Source: Mobula hypostoma (taxonomy: Eukaryota). From it: a stretch of 64,000 nt of DNA. How positions within the stretch are numbered: position 1 is the first letter of the stretch; each line of letters opens with the position of its first letter. The stretch lies in contig NC_086108.1 of NCBI RefSeq assembly GCF_963921235.1, positions 34,722,001 through 34,786,000 of the forward strand, read 5' to 3'. This document shows, piece by piece, positions 1 through 11,192 of this stretch. The translations under genes were made by a program, and so were the position numbers. The notes beneath the pieces were generated by a model. That model was given only the letters and a program-made list of their open reading frames with translations. It did no database searches and was not told the origin of the DNA.

Positions 1-397
1 GTTCTGCATTGGTATGTTCCAGTGAGACAGAGAAAGGATGGTAGGGTACAGGAACCATAGTGTGCAAAGGCCTTTGTAAATCTAGTCAAGAAGAAAAGAA
101 AAGCTTTTGAAAGGTTCAAAAAACTAGGTAATAATAGAGATCTAGAAGATTATAAAACTAGCAGGAAGGAGCTTAAGGATAAAATTAGGAGAGACAGAAG
201 GGGCCATGAGAAGGCCTTGGCAGATAGGATTAAGGAAAACCTCAAGGCATTCTACAAGTATCTGAAGAGCAAGAGGATAAGATGTGAGAGAATAGGACCA
301 ATCAAGTGCGACAGTGGAAAAATGTGTATGGAACCGGAGGAGATAGCAGAGGTACTTAACGAATACTTCGCTTCTGTATTCACTACAGAAAAGGACC

Positions 398-2461
398 TTG
401 GTGATTGTAGGGATGACATACATGGATATGCAATGGCAGGCATTTAAAGGTTGCATGGATGAACTACAACAATTGTTCATCCCAGTTTGGCAAAAGAATA
501 AATCAAGGAAGGTAGTGCACCCGTGGCTGACAAGAGAAATTAGGGATAGTATCAATTCCAAAGAAGTAGCATACAAATTAGCCAGAGAAAGTGGCTCACC
601 TGAGGACTGGGAGAAATTCAGAGTTCAGCAGAGGAGGACAAAGGGCTTAATTAGGAAGGGGAAAAAAGATTATGAGAGAAAACTGGCAGAGAACATAAAA
701 ACGGACTGTAAAAGCTTTTATAGATATGTAAAAAGGAAAAGACTGATAAAGACAAATGTAGGTCCCCTGCAAACAGAAACAGGTGAATTGATTATGGGGA
801 GCAAGGACATGGCAGACCAATTGAATAATTACTTTGGTTCTGTCTTCACTAAGGAGGACATAAATAATCTTCCAGAAATAGTAAGGGACAGAGGGTCCAG
901 TGAGATGGAGGAACTGAGCGAAATACATGTTAGTAGGGAAGTGGTGTTAGGTAAATTGAAGGGATTGAAGGCAGATAAATCCCCAGGGCCAGATGGTCTG
1001 CATCCCAGAGTGCTTAAGGAAGTGGCCCAAGAAATAGTGGATGCATTAGTGATAATTTTTCAAAACTCGTTAGATTCTGGACTAGTTCCTGAGGATTGGA
1101 GGGTGGCTAATGTAACCCCACTTTTTAAAAAAGGAGGGAGAGAGAAACCGGAGAATTATAGGCCGGTTAGCCTAACGTCGGTGGTGGGGAAACTGCTGGA
1201 GTCAGTTATCAAGGATGTGATAACAGCACATTTGGAAAGCGGTGAAATGATCGGACAAAGTCAGCATGGATTTGTGAAAGGAAAATCATGTCTGACGAAT
1301 CTCATAGAATTTTTTGAGGATGTAACTAGTAGAGTGGATAGGGGAGAACCAGTGGATGTGGTATATTTGGATTTTCAAAAGGCTTTTGACAAGGTCCCAC
1401 ACAGGAGATTAGTGTGGAAACTTAAAGCACACGGTATTGGGGGTAAGGTATTGGTGTGGGTGGAGAATTGGTTAGCAGACAGGAAGCAAAGAGTGGGAAT
1501 AAACGGGACCTTTTCAGAATGGCAGGCGGTGACTAGTGGGGTACCGCAAGGCTCAGTGCTGGGACCCCAGTTGTTTACAATATATATTAATGACTTGGAT
1601 GAGGGAATTAAATGCAGCATCTCCAAGTTTGCGGATGACACAAAGCTGGGTGGCAGTGTTAGCAGTGAGGAGGATGCTAAGAGGATGCAGGGTGACTTGG
1701 ATAGGTTGGGTGAGTGGGCAAACTCATGGCAGATGCAATTTAATGTGGATAAATGTGAAGTTATCCACTTTGGTGGCAAAAATAGGAAAACAGATTATTA
1801 TCTGAATGGTGGCCGATTAGGAAAAGGGGAGGTGCAACGAGACCTGGGTGTCATTATACACCAGTCATTGAAAGTGGGCATGCAGGTACAGCAGGCGGTG
1901 AAAAAGGCGAACGGTATGCTGGCATTTATAGCGAGAGGATTCGAGTACAGGAGCAGGGAGGTACTACTGCAGTTGTACAAGGCCTTGGTGAGACCACACC
2001 TGGAGTATTGTGTGCAGTTTTGGTCCCCTAATCTGAGGAAAGACATCTTTGCCATAGAGGGAGTACAAAGAAGGTTCACCAGATTGATTCCTGGGATGGC
2101 AGGTCTTTCATATGAAGAAAGACTGGATGAACTGGGCTTGTACTCGTTGGAATTTAGAAGATTGAGGGGGGATCTGATTGAAACGTATAAGATCCTAAAG
2201 GGATTGGACAGGCTAGATGCGGGAAGATTGTTCCCGATGTTGGGGAGGTCTAGAACGAGGGGTCACAGTTTGAGGATAGAGGGGAAGCCTTTTAGGACCG
2301 AGGTTAGGAAAAACTTCTTCACACAGAGAGTGGTGAATCTGTGGAATTCTCTGCCACAGCAAACTGTTGAGGCCAGTTCATTAGCTATGTTTAAAAGGAA
2401 GTTAGATATGGCCCTTGTGGCTACAGGGGTCAGGGAGTATGGAGGGAAGGCTGGGTTCTGA
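398..2461 (+). CDS. CR1 ORF2 reverse transcriptase (C-terminal ~680 aa, no endonuclease; first codons come from the host element)
   Basis: RT motifs YRPVSLTS, DFQKAFDKVPH, GVPQGSVLGP, KFADDTKL; stop-free for 687 aa. Confidence 0.88.
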   Translation: MVIVGMTYMDMQWQAFKGCMDELQQLFIPVWQKNKSRKVVHPWLTREIRDSINSKEVAYKLARESGSPEDWEKFRVQQRRTKGLIRKGKKDYERKLAENIKTDCKSFYRYVKRKRLIKTNVGPLQTETGELIMGSKDMADQLNNYFGSVFTKEDINNLPEIVRDRGSSEMEELSEIHVSREVVLGKLKGLKADKSPGPDGLHPRVLKEVAQEIVDALVIIFQNSLDSGLVPEDWRVANVTPLFKKGGREKPENYRPVSLTSVVGKLLESVIKDVITAHLESGEMIGQSQHGFVKGKSCLTNLIEFFEDVTSRVDRGEPVDVVYLDFQKAFDKVPHRRLVWKLKAHGIGGKVLVWVENWLADRKQRVGINGTFSEWQAVTSGVPQGSVLGPQLFTIYINDLDEGIKCSISKFADDTKLGGSVSSEEDAKRMQGDLDRLGEWANSWQMQFNVDKCEVIHFGGKNRKTDYYLNGGRLGKGEVQRDLGVIIHQSLKVGMQVQQAVKKANGMLAFIARGFEYRSREVLLQLYKALVRPHLEYCVQFWSPNLRKDIFAIEGVQRRFTRLIPGMAGLSYEERLDELGLYSLEFRRLRGDLIETYKILKGLDRLDAGRLFPMLGRSRTRGHSLRIEGKPFRTEVRKNFFTQRVVNLWNSLPQQTVEASSLAMFKRKLDMALVATGVREYGGKAGF

Positions 2462-2557
2462 GTTGGATGATCAGCCATGATCATAATAAATGGCGGTGCA
2501 GGCTCAAAGGGCCGAATGGCCTACTCCTGCACCTATTTTCTATGTTTCTATGTTTCT
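423..2557 (+). mobile_element. Young 5'-truncated CR1 LINE with 5-bp TSD ATACA
   Basis: Uninterrupted RT frame; 3' motif GGGCCGAATGGCCTACTCCTGC and (TTTCTATG)n tail; ATACA at 418-422 and 2558-2562. The host CR1 reads through when the insert is removed. Confidence 0.93.
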
Positions 2558-3598
2558 ATACAGCGGACTAAAAAGTTTGAGCATATAGATATTAAGAAGG
2601 AGGATATGCTGGAGCTTTTGGAAAGGATCAAATTGGATAAGTCACCGGGGCTGGACGAGATGTAGCCCTGGCTACTGTGGGAGGCGAGGGAGGAGATTAC
2701 TGAGCCTCTGTCAATGAGGATGGGAGAGGTTCCAGAGGATTGGAGGGTTGCAAATTTTGTTCCCTTATTCAAGAAGGGGAGTAGAGATAGCCCAGGAAAT
2801 TATAGACCAGTGAGTCTTACTTCAGTGGTTGGTAAGATCCTGAGAGGCAGGATTTATGAACATTTGGAGGAGCATAACATGATTAGGAATAGTCAGTATA
2901 GCTTTGTCAAAGGCAGGTCATGCCTTACGAGCCTGATTGAATTTTTTGAGGATGTGGCTAAACACATTGATGAAGGTAGAGCAGTAGATGTTGTGTATAT
3001 GGATTGAGTTTAGGAGCCGAGAGGTAATACTTCAACTATATAGGACCCTGGTCAGACCCCACTTGGAGTACTGTGCTCAGTTCTGGTCACCTCACTACAG
3101 GAAGGATGTGGAAACCATAGAAAGGGTGCAGAGGAGATTTACAAGGATGTTGCCTGGATTGGGGAGCCTGCCTTATGAGAATAGGTTGAGTGAACTCGGC
3201 CTTTTCTCCTTGGAGCGACGGAGGATGAGTGGTGAACTGATAGATGTGTGTAAGATGATGAGAGGCATTGATCGTGTGAATAGTCAGAGTCTTTTTCCCA
3301 GGGCTGAAATGGGTAACACAAGAGGGCACAGTTTTAAGGTGCCTGGAATTCGATACAGAGGAGATGTCAGGGGTAAGTTTTTTTACGCAGAGAGTGGTGA
3401 GTGCGTGGAATGGGCTGCCAGCAACGGTGGTGGAGGCGGATACGATAGGGTCTTTTAAGAGTCTCCTGGATAGGTACATGGAGCTTAGAAAAATGGAGGG
3501 CTATGGGTAGCCCTAGTAATTTCTAAAGTAAGTACATGTTTGGCACAGCATTGTGGGCCAAAGGGCCTGTATGTTCTGTAGGTTTTCTATGTTTCTAT

Positions 3599-4600
3599 TG
3601 CTATCCTCACTGTCATGGGGCACAGGCATCAATCCTGAGTTTACTACCCTTGAGGTCCTGCTTCTCAACTTCCTTCCTAACTCCCTGTATTCTGTTTTCA
3701 GGACCTCCTCCCTTTTTCTACCTATGCCATTGGTACCAATATGTACCACGACTTTTGGCTGCTCACCCTCCCTTTTCAGGATATTGTGGACGCGTTCAGA
3801 AACATCGTGGACCCTGGCACCTGTGAGGCAAACTAACATCTGTGTTTCTTTTTCACATCCACAGAATCGCCTTTCTGTCCCCTTAACTATAGCGTTCCCT
3901 GTTACTGCTGCCTTCCTCTTTAGTTCCCTACCCTTCTGAGCCACAGTGCCAGACTCAGTGCCAGAGGCATGGCCGCCGTTGCTTCCCACCTGATTGGCCC
4001 CCCCCCCCAACAGTACTTAAGATGGGGTACTTATTGTTGAGGGGGACAGCCACAGGGCTCCTCTCCACTATTTGATGTTCAATTTTCCCTCTCTTGACAG
4101 TCTCCCATTTATCGGTCTCCTGTAGCCTTGGGGGTGACTACCTCCCTGTAGCTCCTGTCTATCACTGCCTCACTTACTCTAACAAGCCGAAGGTCATTGA
4201 GCTGCAGCTTCAGTTCCCTACCATGGTCTCTAAGGAGCTCCATCTCGATACACCTGGTGCAGATGTTGTCGTCAGGGAGGCTGGAAGTCTCCTCAAAATC
4301 CCACATCTGACACCCAGAACAGAACACTGGCCCTGCAGACATACCCCTATTCTTGCAAGAATTTAATAAGAAAAAGAAATGAGAAAGCAACTTAACTACT
4401 TACCTCAACTCCGCCAGTTCTCACCAAAGCCTACCGAGCCAAGGCTTTATCACTCTGACTCAAACCGCTCTGATGATGACTGTTCCGCTAGATGGTACCT
4501 CTCTTTTAGGGAGAGTGGGTTATTCAAGCTCCACTCCGGACCTGCGCAGGAACTCTTCTACTGTGTCTGTACCGCTGTCTAATCAAATACTCGCACTGGA
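3599..4600 (-). mobile_element. Decayed CR1 5' portion: 5'UTR and ORF1 (Cys-rich finger, coiled coil, SGNH/GDSL esterase-like domain)
   Basis: ATG at 4342 reads MSAGPVFCSGCQMW...NICTRC; downstream VTGNAIVKG and VVVHIGTNGIGR resemble the GDS and HxGTND blocks of CR1 ORF1 esterases; frameshifted. Confidence 0.82.
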
Positions 4601-4829
4601 AACTGGCTGCATTTTCAACATCTGTTCTGGACATATGTGGGAACTTCACGAAAGACAGACTGATGCATGAGTTGGAGGGGACTCGGTGGTGCCCCATGTC
4701 CTTGCTGTCCTTGTCTTTCTTTATGGTAGATGTCACAGGTTTAGGGGTCTCAAAGTGGCCTGGGCAACGACCGGAATGTATCTCGTTGATGCCACACTCT
4801 GCAGACACTGAGTGGTAGTGGTGGAGGAA

Positions 4830-5010
4830 ATCAGAATCACGTTATAACCACTGACTTGTGTCGTGAAATTTGTTGTCTTGTGGAAGCAGTACAGTGCAAT
4901 ATGTACAACGTACTATAAATTACAATACAAAGTATATTTTAAAAATTAAACAAGCAGTGCAAAGAGAGGGGAAAATGGTGAGGTGGTGTTCATGGGTTGG
5001 TTCATTGTTC
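4830..5010 (-). mobile_element. Rex1-like LINE 3'UTR/tail fragment
   Basis: Reverse complement resembles the (CTGATT)n-tailed 3' end at 48485-48546. Confidence 0.55.
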
Positions 5011-6436
5011 TTTCAGAAACCTATTCGTGTGATTTATGTGCTGTCAGTCGAGAAGAATGCTTTGTTTCCTGAAGTCATGTTTCTTTAACATTGGTGAAGC
5101 TACACTCATCCAGGCAAATAGTGGTATTCTATCAGGTTCTTACATTGCAGATAATGGAGAGGCTTTGAAACGTCAGGAAAGGAGTCATTCACTTCAGCCT
5201 GCTTCTGGGCTGCTCTTGTAAACACATTTGGCTGCTTCAGTAAAGCTTCAAGTCGGTGGTGAATGGTCGCTAATGTTGGAGGCATTGACAGGATGTTATA
5301 GCATTACGGTAGGTTAGAGTTTCGTTTTGTGTCTCTCAAGATCTTGATACAAACGGACCAAATTGAACCGGGGGATACAAACGGTTAAAGAGGGTTATCA
5401 CAGGACCATGTGTCTCAGAGCAGGTTTTAGAGTTGTGCCACTACAGATGCACACAGGAAATTTTCAAAAAGGGGGAGGAAGGTTTGGAAGCTGTCAGCAA
5501 GTTTCCACTCTTGGGCTCAGAGCAATTGTCTGACTCCAACCTGATGTGGCTGAAGACTTAGGGATTCCCCATTATAACCTGATTTACGAGGCGACCATGT
5601 GTACTCCAGAAGGAAGGAATTGTACAGTGCAGTAACCACATGAAGATATGGAGTCCCTTTCTGAAAATTGCATCACAAATGCAGAAATCTCAGAGTACCA
5701 CAGTGGGTAGACACAGGCATTCTCTCAGTGTAATGCCAGCTTAAAATTGAAAAGGCGATTATGTTAAATTAAGTGAGTAGGAAGAGAAATCAAAGTATTC
5801 TCTTTTTCAGCAAAAGACTAGCTTATAAGTGTATGATTCTGATTTGCATTTCACAAGAGCAGTAATCTTATAGTAACATGCATCCACTGTGGCAGTTAAT
5901 GTCTGCAAGTGTGATGTGAAATCGTTTGAAAGCTTTCAGTGAACATAAAATTAAAATGCGGATGGGAAGTAACAGTTCAGATTTCTTAAGCTCCATTCAC
6001 TGTAATAGATGCAGAAATTTACCATGTGTTCCTGTGGATATTAGTTGACCAATGATCATCTAAGGGTTAAAATGCAAGGCCTGTGGATGGTTAAACTCAG
6101 CATTCTTGGGAAGGGTACTGGGATTCAGTGCAATGCTTTCAACTTTCAGGATTAGAACGAATAATTGATGATCTTGATCATTTTGCCAGCAGGGTGATTC
6201 TATGCTCCTGAGCATTGGGATGTTTCCCTGGCATGATGAGAAGCAATGTTCAGAATCTGCATTTCCATACAGGGGACTTAAAGGTTTCAAAACATTCAAT
6301 TGAATTTAGCAGGGCTGAGGATGAACCGGAAGTCAGTTGGCATTGGAAAGTGGCATTTAAACCTGTGACGGAAGAGTCTCTTTGAAATACTTGGCCTTGT
6401 TCTATCCCTGATGGTTTGGCTTGGCAGTACACGGGG

Positions 6437-6660
6437 CAAAGAGAAAATCTGCAGATGTTGAAAATCTAAGCAACACACACAAAGTACTGGAGGAACTCAG
6501 CAGGCCAGGCAGCATCTATGGAAAAAGAGTCCAGTCGAAGCTTCAGGCTGAGACCTTCATCAGGACTGGAGAAAAGAAGATGAGGGGTCAGAGTTAGAAG
6601 GGTTTCGGCCCAAAATGACTATACTCTTTTCCATGGATGCTGTCTGGCCTGCTGAGTTCC
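6437..6660. mobile_element. Penelope-like element 3' remnant, head-to-head inverted pair
   Basis: Left arm on the minus strand with a degenerate hammerhead at 6532-6568; right arm on the plus strand from ~6597 (GAAGGGTTTCGGCCC...GATGCTG...GAGTTCC). Confidence 0.75.
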
Positions 6661-7221
6661 AATGCAAAAAAAAAGTAGGGAGGTAGTGTTCATGGGTTCA
6701 AAGTCTATTCAGAAATCTGATGGCAGAAGGATGAGGCTGTTCCTGAATCATTGAGTGTGTGCCTTCGGGCTCCCGTACCTCCTGTTTGATGGTAGAAATG
6801 AGAAAAAAGCATCTCCTTGGTAATAGAGGTGCTTAATGCCGCCTTTTTGAGGCACCGCTCCTTGAAGATGTCCAGGATGCTGGGGAGGCTGGGCAGGATG
6901 ATGGAGCTGACTGAGTTAACAACACTCTGCAGCCTATTTTGGTCCTTTGCAATGCCCCCCGCCTTCCGTACCAGACGGTGATGCAGCCAGTTAGAGTGCT
7001 CTTCACAGTCCACCTGCAAAAACCTGCGTGTCTTTGGTGATGTACCGAATCTCCTGAAACTGCAAATGAAATATAGCTGCTCTTGTGCTTTATTTACAAC
7101 TGCATCGAACAGTTGGGCCCAGGATAAGTCCTCAGAGATGTTGACACCCAGTAACTTGAAGTTACTCACTCTTTCCAATTCTGATCCCTCAATGAGGACT
7201 GGTGTGTGCTCCCTCATCTTA

Positions 7222-7322
7222 TCTTTTCTGACGAAGGGTCTCGGCCTGAAACGTCGACTGCGCCTCTTCCTATAGATGCTGCTTGGCCTGCTGCGTTCAC
7301 CAGCAACTTTGATGTATGTTGC
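7222..7322 (+). mobile_element. Short PLE 3' terminal fragment
   Basis: Hammerhead followed by CTATAGATGCTGC...CAGCAACTTTGATGTATGTTGC, homologous to the other copies. Confidence 0.75.
7228..7260 (+). ncRNA. Minimal type I hammerhead ribozyme motif (intact core)
   Basis: CTGACGA-AGGGTCTCGGCCT-GAAA-CGTC-GACTG: CUGANGA and GAAA boxes, stem II, palindromic ACGU stem III, GUC triplet. The 5' strand of stem I is largely lost. Confidence 0.75.
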
Positions 7323-7430
7323 AGTGGGTCCAGCTCCTTTTAGAGGAAAGAGTTGGTTCTGGCCATAACCAACCTCTTAAAGCTCTTCATCACTGTAGGT
7401 GTGAGTAGTACTGGATGATAGTTGTTAGGA

Positions 7431-8848
7431 TAGATAGATAGACATACATTATTGATCCCGAGAGAAATTGGGTATCGTTACAATTGCACCAACCAAGAAT
7501 AGAGTATAAATATAGCAATATAAAACCATAAATAATTAAATAATAATATGTAAATTATGCCAGATGGAAATAAGTCCAGGACCAGCCTGTTGGCTCAGAG
7601 TGTCTGACCCTCCAAGGGAGGAGTTGTAAAGTTTGATGGCTACAGGCAGGAATGACTTCCTATGACACTCTGTGTTGCATCTCGGTGGAATGAGTCTCTG
7701 GCTGAATGTACTCCTGTCCCCAACAAGTACATTATGTAGTGGATGGGAGACATTGCCCAAGATGGCATGCAACTTGGACAGCATCCTCTTTTCAGACACC
7801 ACCGTCAGAGAGTCCAGTTCCATCCCCACAACATCACTGGCACTACAAATGAGTTTGTTGATTCTGTTGGTGTCTGCTACCCTCAGCCTGCTGCCCCAGC
7901 ACACAACAGCAAACATGATCGCACTGGCCACTGCAGACTCGTAGAACATCCTCAGCATCGTCCGACAGATGTTAAAGGACCTCAGTCTCCTCAGGAAATA
8001 GCGTCGGCTCTGACCCTTCTTGTAGACAGCCTCAGTGTTCTTTGACCAGTCCAGTTTATTGTCGATTCGTATCCCCAGGTATTTGTAATCCTCCACCACA
8101 TCCACACTGACCTCCTGGATGGAAACAGGGGTCACCGGTGCCTTAGCCCTCCTCAAGTCCACCACCAGCTCCTTAGTCTTTTTCACATTAAGCTGCAGAT
8201 AATTCTGCTCACACCATGTGACAAAGTTTCCCACCGTAGCCCTGTACTCAGCCTCATCTCCATTGCTGATGCATCCAACTATGGCAGAGTCATCCGAAAA
8301 CTTCTGAAGATGGCAAGACTCTGTGCGGTAGTTGAAGTCCAGGGTATAGATGGTGAAGAGAAAGGGAGACAAGACAGTCCCCTGTGGAGCCCCAGTGCTG
8401 CTGATCACTCTGTCTGACACACAATGTTGCAGGCACATGTACTGTGGTCTGCCAGTCAGGTAATCAATAATCCATGACACCAGGAAAGCATCCACCTGCA
8501 TCGCTGTCAGCTTCTCCCCCAGCAGAGCAGGGTGAATGGTGGTGAATGCACTGGAGAAGTCAAAAAACATGACCCTCACAGTGCTTGCTGGCTTGTCCAG
8601 GTGGGTGTAGACACGGTTCAGCAGGTAGACGATGGCATCCTCAACTCCTAGTCGGGGCTGGTAGGCAAACTGGAGGGGATCTAAGTGTGGCCTAACCATA
8701 GGCCGGAGCAGCTCCAGAACAAGTCTCTCCCGGGTCTTCATGATGTGGGAGGTCAAAGCCACTGGTCTATAGTCATTGAAGCCACTTGGGCGTGGCGTCT
8801 TCGGCACAGGGACAAGGCAGGACGTCTTCCACAGCACGGGAACCCTCT
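7431..8848 (-). mobile_element. Young 5'-truncated Rex1-clade LINE with open RT frame
   Basis: [42 protein letters not shown] within ORF 7536-9050; tail GGGATCAATAATGTATG(TCTA)n; GGA at both junctions (7428-7430, 8849-8851). Confidence 0.9.
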
Positions 8849-9326
8849 GGAGACTCACTTTGCTCATATTGGGCACTGGTATGATTGGTACCCACTTGAA
8901 GCGGGTAGAACTTATGACTGTAGCAGTGAGAGATTGAAAACGTCTTTGAACACACACTCCTGCCAGTTGGTTGGCACAGGTTTTCAGAGCCCTACCAGGC
9001 ACACCATCGGAGCCTGTCGCCTTGTGAAGGTTCACTCTCTTGATAGACAATCTGACTTGGCCTCTGAGACAGAGATCACAGGGTCACTGGGATCCTCGTA
9101 GCTGTAATTTTATTCTCCCTTTCAAAGTGTGTATAAAAAGATTTGGGCATGCAGATGAAAGAGAAGTTTAAATTTATATCTTGCCCATCAAAATATCGCA
9201 AAACTTGTTGTAGGCCAATCAAGTGGCCTGGTCATTGTTGTAAAGGGGGAACATGGCAGCAAACGAATGTATGGCAAGGTCCTTTAAAGAGCAGTGTGAT
9301 TATAACTAAATATACTGATTTGACAA

Positions 9327-10098
9327 TGTAACGTCCTGGTTAAGCTTTTACTGCTAATGCTGTAGGGTATTTCATTTAATAGATTTCTGCTGAAGCAGTG
9401 GGTTCTGCTGGTAGTGTTTGGGTTACTGTTAAAGATAAGGGTTTGTGATGATCAGCTTAGGAATGTCAGGTCAGCCAACCACGATGGTGGAGTTGAGAGC
9501 AGGTTCCAGAGAAAGCTGGGCGGAGAGGTTTTGTGACAGATGCAAAAGGGATCGAGGTCTTTTTTCGGCAGAAGATGGAGAGAGAAGAAGATCAAGAGAA
9601 CCAGCAGTGCGATTCAATTCAACCAGAATGCGCGACTCGATGGAGTCCAAGATGGAAAGTTCTATCAGTGATCGGTGAATAGGAGTTGGTGCTGTGAGTA
9701 CATGGACACCTCCAGCTTTTGGAAGTTCTGAGCTCCAACTTTGTGCACATTTGACTATTTTAATTATAATGAACCCTTTTATTTCCCCCCCCCTTTTTCC
9801 CTTTCTTCTTTGATAACTGTTTGATTAAGTGATATTCATAAATACACCCTTATATTTGTATGCAGTGTATGCTCTGTCATTTCTTGCCGATGGTAATTGC
9901 AAGTGGCAGCACTTATGCAGTATTCACTCAGATTGGGGGTGTGGGTGGTTGAAACATCCCAGCTCTCCCAAGTCAAATCAACCCTAAATGTACGGAGTTC
10001 GAGAAAGGTTGTTTTTTTTTCACCGCTGAGTCCATTGGCTTGTTAGCGAGGGGCTAACCACCAGTGTTTCTAGAAACGCCCAGTAAAAAGGGGTTTCA
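9327..10098. mobile_element. Possible solo LTR
   Basis: Starts TGTAAC and could end TTTCA; LTR-like composition; no TSD found. Confidence 0.4.
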
Positions 10099-10185
10099 TT
10101 AACGTTGGTTGTAGGATGAAGAGTGGCCTGGTCAATAGGGAGAATATACCTGCTCTTCTTGGAACATTTGTCTTGTGACATTTTT

Positions 10186-10278
10186 CTCACAAGAAATTCT
10201 GCAGATGCTGAAAATCCAGAGCAATACACACAAAATGCTGGAGGGGCTCAACAGATCAGGTAGCATCTATGGAGAGGG
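10186..10278 (-). mobile_element. PLE 3' terminal fragment truncated before the ribozyme
   Basis: CTGCAGATGCTG...CACACAAAATGCTGGAGG...GCATCTATGGA family sequence. Confidence 0.7.
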
Positions 10279-10369
10279 TTTTTCTCTCATCGACCTTAAG
10301 GGGCACATAAGGCCTTGATTTGTATTTCAACCCAATGGAGAGTCCCTGATACAAAGGAACAAAAAAAAT

Positions 10370-10925
10370 CATTTTAGTGCAAGTTGGTCATATTATTGCT
10401 ATACTGAGGTAATGATTAGAATTGTGCAGGTTGGTTTAAGAATTGAATGGCTGAAGATAAATTGTTGATCTTGAACCTGGCTGTGTGGGACTTCAGGCTT
10501 CTGTACTTCCTGCCCAATGATAGCTGTGAAAAGATGGTGGGAATCGTTGAAGGATGTTGTCTTCTTGAGGGATGTAGATGCTACTAATGTTGGAGAGGAA
10601 TGTAGATGCTACCAGTGTTGGAGAGGGATGTGCAGGTGAGACATTGGGTTGGGTCTACCACTCTCTACAGCTTCTTACATTCCTGGCCATTCATATTGCT
10701 GTAGCAGACCACAATGTTATTAGTCAGGGTGCTTTCATCAGGACAATTACATAGGGCCTTGGTGTGATCACACCTCCAGTATTGTATATATTCTTCTTCT
10801 CCTTACCTAAAAAAAGAGGATATACTGATGGTAGGGTGAGTGCACCAGGCTGTATATAACTCAGTTGGGAAGGTTGGACCTTGATTCTCCAGAAAACAGA
10901 GCGATGACCTTATTGAAGCATCCAA
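10370..10925. mobile_element. Decayed Rex1 (minus) and CR1 (plus) fragments
   Basis: Similarity to the 3' regions of other copies in the window. Confidence 0.5.
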
Positions 10926-10949
10926 AACCAGGATGGCATGGCAGAGTGG

Positions 10950-11192
10950 AGACAGCATGGAAAGAGAGTTAGCGTTAGACTATTTCAGTGCTAGCAACCC
11001 GGATTCAATTCACCCACCGTCCGTAAGGAGTTTGTTCACTCGGTGATCACCTGGCTTCCCTCCTGGTGCTTCAGTTTCCTCCCACATTCCCAAGGTGTAT
11101 GTGTTAATAAGTTGATTGGTCACATGGGTGTAATTGGACAGCGCAGGCTCATTGGGCCGGAAGCGCCTGTTAATGTGTTGTATCTCAAAAAA
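10950..11192 (+). mobile_element. tRNA-derived V-domain-type SINE
   Basis: B-box-like GGATTCAATTC; central CCTCCTGGTGCTTCAGTTTCCTCCCACA; CR1-like tail GGGCCGGAAGCGCCTG. Confidence 0.7.

Larger units (their letters stand above)
1..3598 (+). mobile_element. Older CR1 LINE ORF2 and 3' end, split by a younger CR1 (423-2557) and carrying an internal deletion at ~3001
   Basis: Translated fragments RIKENLKAFYKYLKSKR, LNEYFASVFT, YRPVSLTSVVGK, LVRPHLEYCAQFWSP, with stops and frameshifts. The 3' end reads GGGCCAAAGGGCCTG followed by a (TTTCTATG)n tail. Confidence 0.9.
6661..9135 (-). mobile_element. Old Rex1/Babar-clade LINE, interrupted by a PLE fragment and a young Rex1
   Basis: Decayed KATGSDGVPGRALKTCANQLAG and ERVSNFKLLGVNISEDLSW translations. 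Confidence 0.8.

Noticed and set aside
398..2461. 687-aa ORF as a host or domesticated gene
   Set aside because: It has a LINE tail, a TSD and a 5' truncation; openness is explained by recent insertion.
5290..5710. Possible LTR or unique element starting TGTTA
   Set aside because: No matching terminus or TSD; cannot be classified.
6228..6322. C/D box snoRNA (ATGATGA ... CTGA)
   Set aside because: No convincing terminal stem or recognisable rRNA guide; the motifs are short enough to occur by chance.
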